Part shown: piece by piece, positions 60,440 to 64,000 of the stretch | How positions within the stretch are numbered: the stretch's first letter is position 1 | Layout of the letters: every line of letters begins with the position of its first letter | Assembly (NCBI GenBank): GCA_036867785.1 | Contig: CP145417.1 | Location: 248,001 to 312,000 of the forward strand | DNA: 64,000 nucleotides | Source: Plasmodiophora brassicae | Lineage: Eukaryota | Direction: 5' to 3' | Made by a program: the position numbers and the translations under genes | The notes under the pieces: model-generated | Seen by the model: only the letters and a program-made list of their open reading frames with translations | Databases searched by the model: none | What the model was told of the DNA's origin: nothing

Positions 60440-61798
60440 GGGCAAACCTGTCAAGTGCAGGCGCAAATGAATCGAGTCTGGAAGATGTTGCTTTCAGGAT
60501 ATCTGTGGTCCAATGATAAATGCTCTCACGTTGACAAAGTCGTGTGGATCGATTCGAGCGAGTACGTACCTTCATCATAGGTATCGGACAGTGTTGAGCC
60601 GGCCGCGATACTCGGCCACGTGCACGGCCTCGTTCAGGGGCGGGGCATTGTCTGATATCGTAGCCAGAGTTAGAACATGGGATTCAACACTGGGAGGGTC
60701 GGTTTTTAAGCCGCGCACAACCACGACATCATGGACAGAACGGACTGCCGCACCAGCGACAACATGGGTAGGCAGTAACGTCGTCCGCTGACGGAAATGT
60801 GACGCCCTGGCACATGCGGTTAACGGCGAGCTGCGATGAAGCAGCATGATGGAGGAGATATCCCACACGGTCGACGACCTCGTAACCGCCGGCCGTTCAT
60901 GTCCCAGCACGACCAGACGCGATCGCCATTATCCGCGAAGGTGTTCTCGATGGTGGAACGTTGTGAGAGCGCCCCTCTGGCGAAGCTTCGCTCGCTTCCA
61001 TCAAGCCAGTCTGCGCGTCGTCAGCATATGTCAACCATCGCCACAAGGACGACAATTTGGACGCGCAGCGGCAATGATAAACAACCCGCGCGAAATTCAA
61101 AGTGCAGGCGATATTTCTACGTGGCCGAAGCTGCTGGCACGTTTGCCACAGAGTCCCAGATTACTAATTTCAAATTACTAGTTGGCGCACCTAGAAGTTC
61201 CTGCCAACGGGTGAGCGCACCTCCAGTGCGCCCAACTGACAAGGGAAACCCGCACTGCGTGTGCAACAAGTCAACCACAGCAGAGAGAGAGATAGAGGAT
61301 CACCTTCCAGGACAGGACGCCGGTTGCCTACATCTTGGCCGAGCGTAACAGGAAAGAACAGGACGTTGCAGACATGAGAAGTAGGCTAGCAAGCGATAAC
61401 CGGTATTCCATGAACGAGTTGCCTGGGTTGTAACGGTCGAGAACGCACGTCTTCGCGTGACGGTCTCCAGCAAGACGTTCGTGACTGTTTACGAGTTCTG
61501 GGAATTCCTAAGACGAGGGAATGGAGATGCGTCGACGACAGATGTCAATTTCATGATTAGGCGGTCGACAGTACGACTGTCAGCAGTTGGCTGTGTCTGA
61601 CGTGGAGGATCAGGTATGACAAGAGACCCCTTGTCTGTAACAGTCAGGCATTGCTGCCGATGCATCGGTCTACCAATTAGTAGGTATATTGAGACGCGGT
61701 TCGCGTACGACAGGCCGACGTTTATTGGGGCGACAGACGTAACGCGCAAACGGCCATTGATGAGGGGTGCTGCAGTACCAGCTCGTCCGATGCGTTCG

Positions 61799-62964
61799 CT
61801 AGCTGCAATGGCACGCCTTGCAGATCGAGTCGACCCTGTCCCGAATGCTGCAGGCGACGGTTTTCAAAGCCGATGACTCGCTGGGGCTCAGGGTGTCCGC
61901 GATCGGAACGATACGGACGATCCCCTGACGGCCGAGGACAGCAGGCAGGCTGACGTACGTCTGGAACGCGGGCGAATAGACTGACACGGCACAGACGCGG
62001 CAGCGGTCGCCGAGGATGGACGCGATCAGGGAGCGGACGCACGCGGCTATGCCATGGTAGGTGCTCCCCTTCAGTTTGATGATCTCGTACGCGCGGTCCC
62101 GTGTCTGAATCGCCGTCTCGCGAAGGAAGTCCTCGTCGATATTCGGGAACGCGGACAGGGGTGCCCCGCTGTCGATTTCGAACCGACACCGTCAGCGGGG
62201 ACCGGTAACGACGACAACAGGCAGCGCAACGTACCCGACGGACACGGTGCTCAGGACAGGAATCTGTTGGTCCCCATGTTCCCCGAGAATGTAGGCATGG
62301 ATACTGTACAGCCGGGACGAACCATCAGTGGTGGCACGTGTTCGGGACGTCCAACAACAGGTCACCTGGACGGAGCCAGTGCAAGTCGCTTGGCAATGGC
62401 TTCACGGAAGCGCATGCTGTCGAGGAACGTGCCCGAACCGATGACACGCTCGGCGGGCAGTTTGCTGATGCGCTGGAACACAGCAGCCAGTACCTGACAC
62501 CGGTCAACAATGGTTGTGGAGGGGCGGCCAGGCGGGAGGCCCTCGTGTTACGTCAACGGGGTTCGACACGATCATGACGATGGAGTCGGGCGCAATCGGC
62601 AGGAGGTTTGTGCAGATGTCCTGGAAGATCTGGCAATTCCTGCCGACGAGTTCGTCGCGCGATTCACCCGGGCGCTGCTTGACACCGGCGGTGATGACGA
62701 TGACGTTCGACTGGGCGACCTCCGACCACGACCCGTGCCGGACGGCCGTATCGCTCAAGAACGCACCTGCAGGCAGGCACACTCAGCGCGCAGCAAACGC
62801 CACGTCGATCTCGTCGGACCATCGGCCAGATCCAGCGCTTCGCCGCGGCACCGCTCCTGCCTGACGTCGACAAGGACGACCTGCTGCGGGATGCCGCTCT
62901 GCACCAGGGCGGACGCGATGCTGCTACCGACGGACCCGGCCCCAATGATGCCGACTGTCCCCAT
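61799..62964 (-). CDS. ldh: L-lactate dehydrogenase copy 3 (diverged paralogue)
   Basis: Same motifs with substitutions (VKQRPGESR, FQDIC, APDSIV). Confidence 0.92.
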
Positions 62965-64000
62965 CGCAGCGGAAGGCCCGGACCAGGCAGTCGCCCAAAC
63001 CGAATGAAACGTTCGGCCGACAGTTCTCCAGCGAACGATGGATTTTTGTCCACATTCCAGGAGCGTCACACGGCCACCACCAGGTGACAGGAATCTGGAA
63101 GATGCACTATTCCGGAACAGGGCCGCTTCCGGATTATAATACGGTGCAGTGACAAACGTCTGCAGCGCGCGCGGGATGTCAGCATATCGAGGTTGTCGAG
63201 TGGACCATGCCCAGGCGACAAGCGGTCGTCGCTCCACAGGGGGGATTCCATCGCATCCAACCCAGTTCGTCAGATGCCCTGACGACAGGATCGATCGGGG
63301 GTGATTCCCGCCGCTGACTGGCCAGCAGGTGCCACTGCAGAAAATGATGCGGTCACTAGCGATGCATGACGGGTGCCACAGAAAGCAGCGATCCTGAGAC
63401 CGCGCGGCCTTGTCGATCTCGCCGATACTGACGTGGCGGCAAGGGACTTGGTGCCATGAACGACGACGTGGATGATAAAGTGGCAGAATCACTTGCCGAG
63501 CGCAGAAATCAAAGGAAAGTGGGAAGCGACGACACGGGTATCCTCAGCCCTTGTGGTGGTCTATTTAGGACGATCGCAATCCGATTTGAGTCGTCGCTGT
63601 TCGGCACACGTGTCCATGACGTCGGCAGTATCCGGCCGGGATGGTTCGCTACAAATCAGTCGCCGACTGCACAGCGGCCTGAACCAGATTTCGACCTGAA
63701 CGATATCCCCAGCTGGGCCCTGCCAGAGACCCCTCTCCGACATACAGGAATCCTCAAGCGCTGGACGTGCGGTGGCCGGCTGGGCCGTAATTGGTCGATG
63801 ACGATATCGGCAGTGATGCTAGGTACATATAGACAAGAACTGGGCGATACCAGCGGGGATCCACACCAGCGCCTGTCGTTGGCTGGAGTGACCGGTTGCA
63901 ACGATGGCAGCGCAGGTAATGCGAGGGCTTGGGCATCTTGATTAAGGACTGGAAGACACCGCGCCGTTGCTGCCAGACGCATTACGCCTCGTCACGTTTC

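Larger units (their letters stand above)
48803..62380. repeat. 13,578-bp tandem segmental duplication, unit 2 (identity extends to ~62489)
   Basis: Identical ORF set to unit 1; divergence from the upstream copy begins at 62490. Confidence 0.95.

Noticed and set aside
35225-62489. 13.6-kb unit as a large transposon or endogenous virus
   Set aside because: No transposase, integrase, RT, polymerase or capsid ORF; boundaries fall inside LDH, consistent with homologous recombination.

Overview
Eukaryotic, GC-rich, gene-dense DNA with short (~45-65 bp) GT-AG introns. The style is consistent with a phytomyxid protist such as Plasmodiophora; this is an inference, not verified. The window has two compartments. 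(1) 1-~26,000 is a compact core region: unknown secreted protein, CBS protein, CCDC66/CSPP1-like coiled-coil protein, CDC5, ABCG transporter, Trf4-like poly(A) polymerase, peptide deformylase, cathepsin H-like protease, dihydroorotase, Met-tRNA formyltransferase, KAS/FabF, PP6 and a GCP4 with an apparent L-type lectin insertion. (2) ~26,100-64,000 is a rearranged, amplified accessory region. It carries six intronless copies (four distinct paralogues) of a 611-645 aa protein: signal peptide + two U-box-like domains + Ser-rich linker + two ~145 aa Trp/Pro-rich repeats with hypervariable patches + basic C-terminal NLS-like tail. This is a candidate secreted, nucleus-targeted E3-ligase effector family. 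Five of the six copies lie convergent with an L-lactate dehydrogenase gene or pseudogene. The region also has an apparently identical 13,578-bp tandem duplication whose crossover maps to ~109 bp inside a chimeric LDH, a 228-bp-arm hairpin, a 66-bp perfect palindrome, a Tc2/pogo-like MITE, a 126-bp Helitron-like insert and a RING-H2/Deltex-like remnant. Exon boundaries were read by eye and are approximate.
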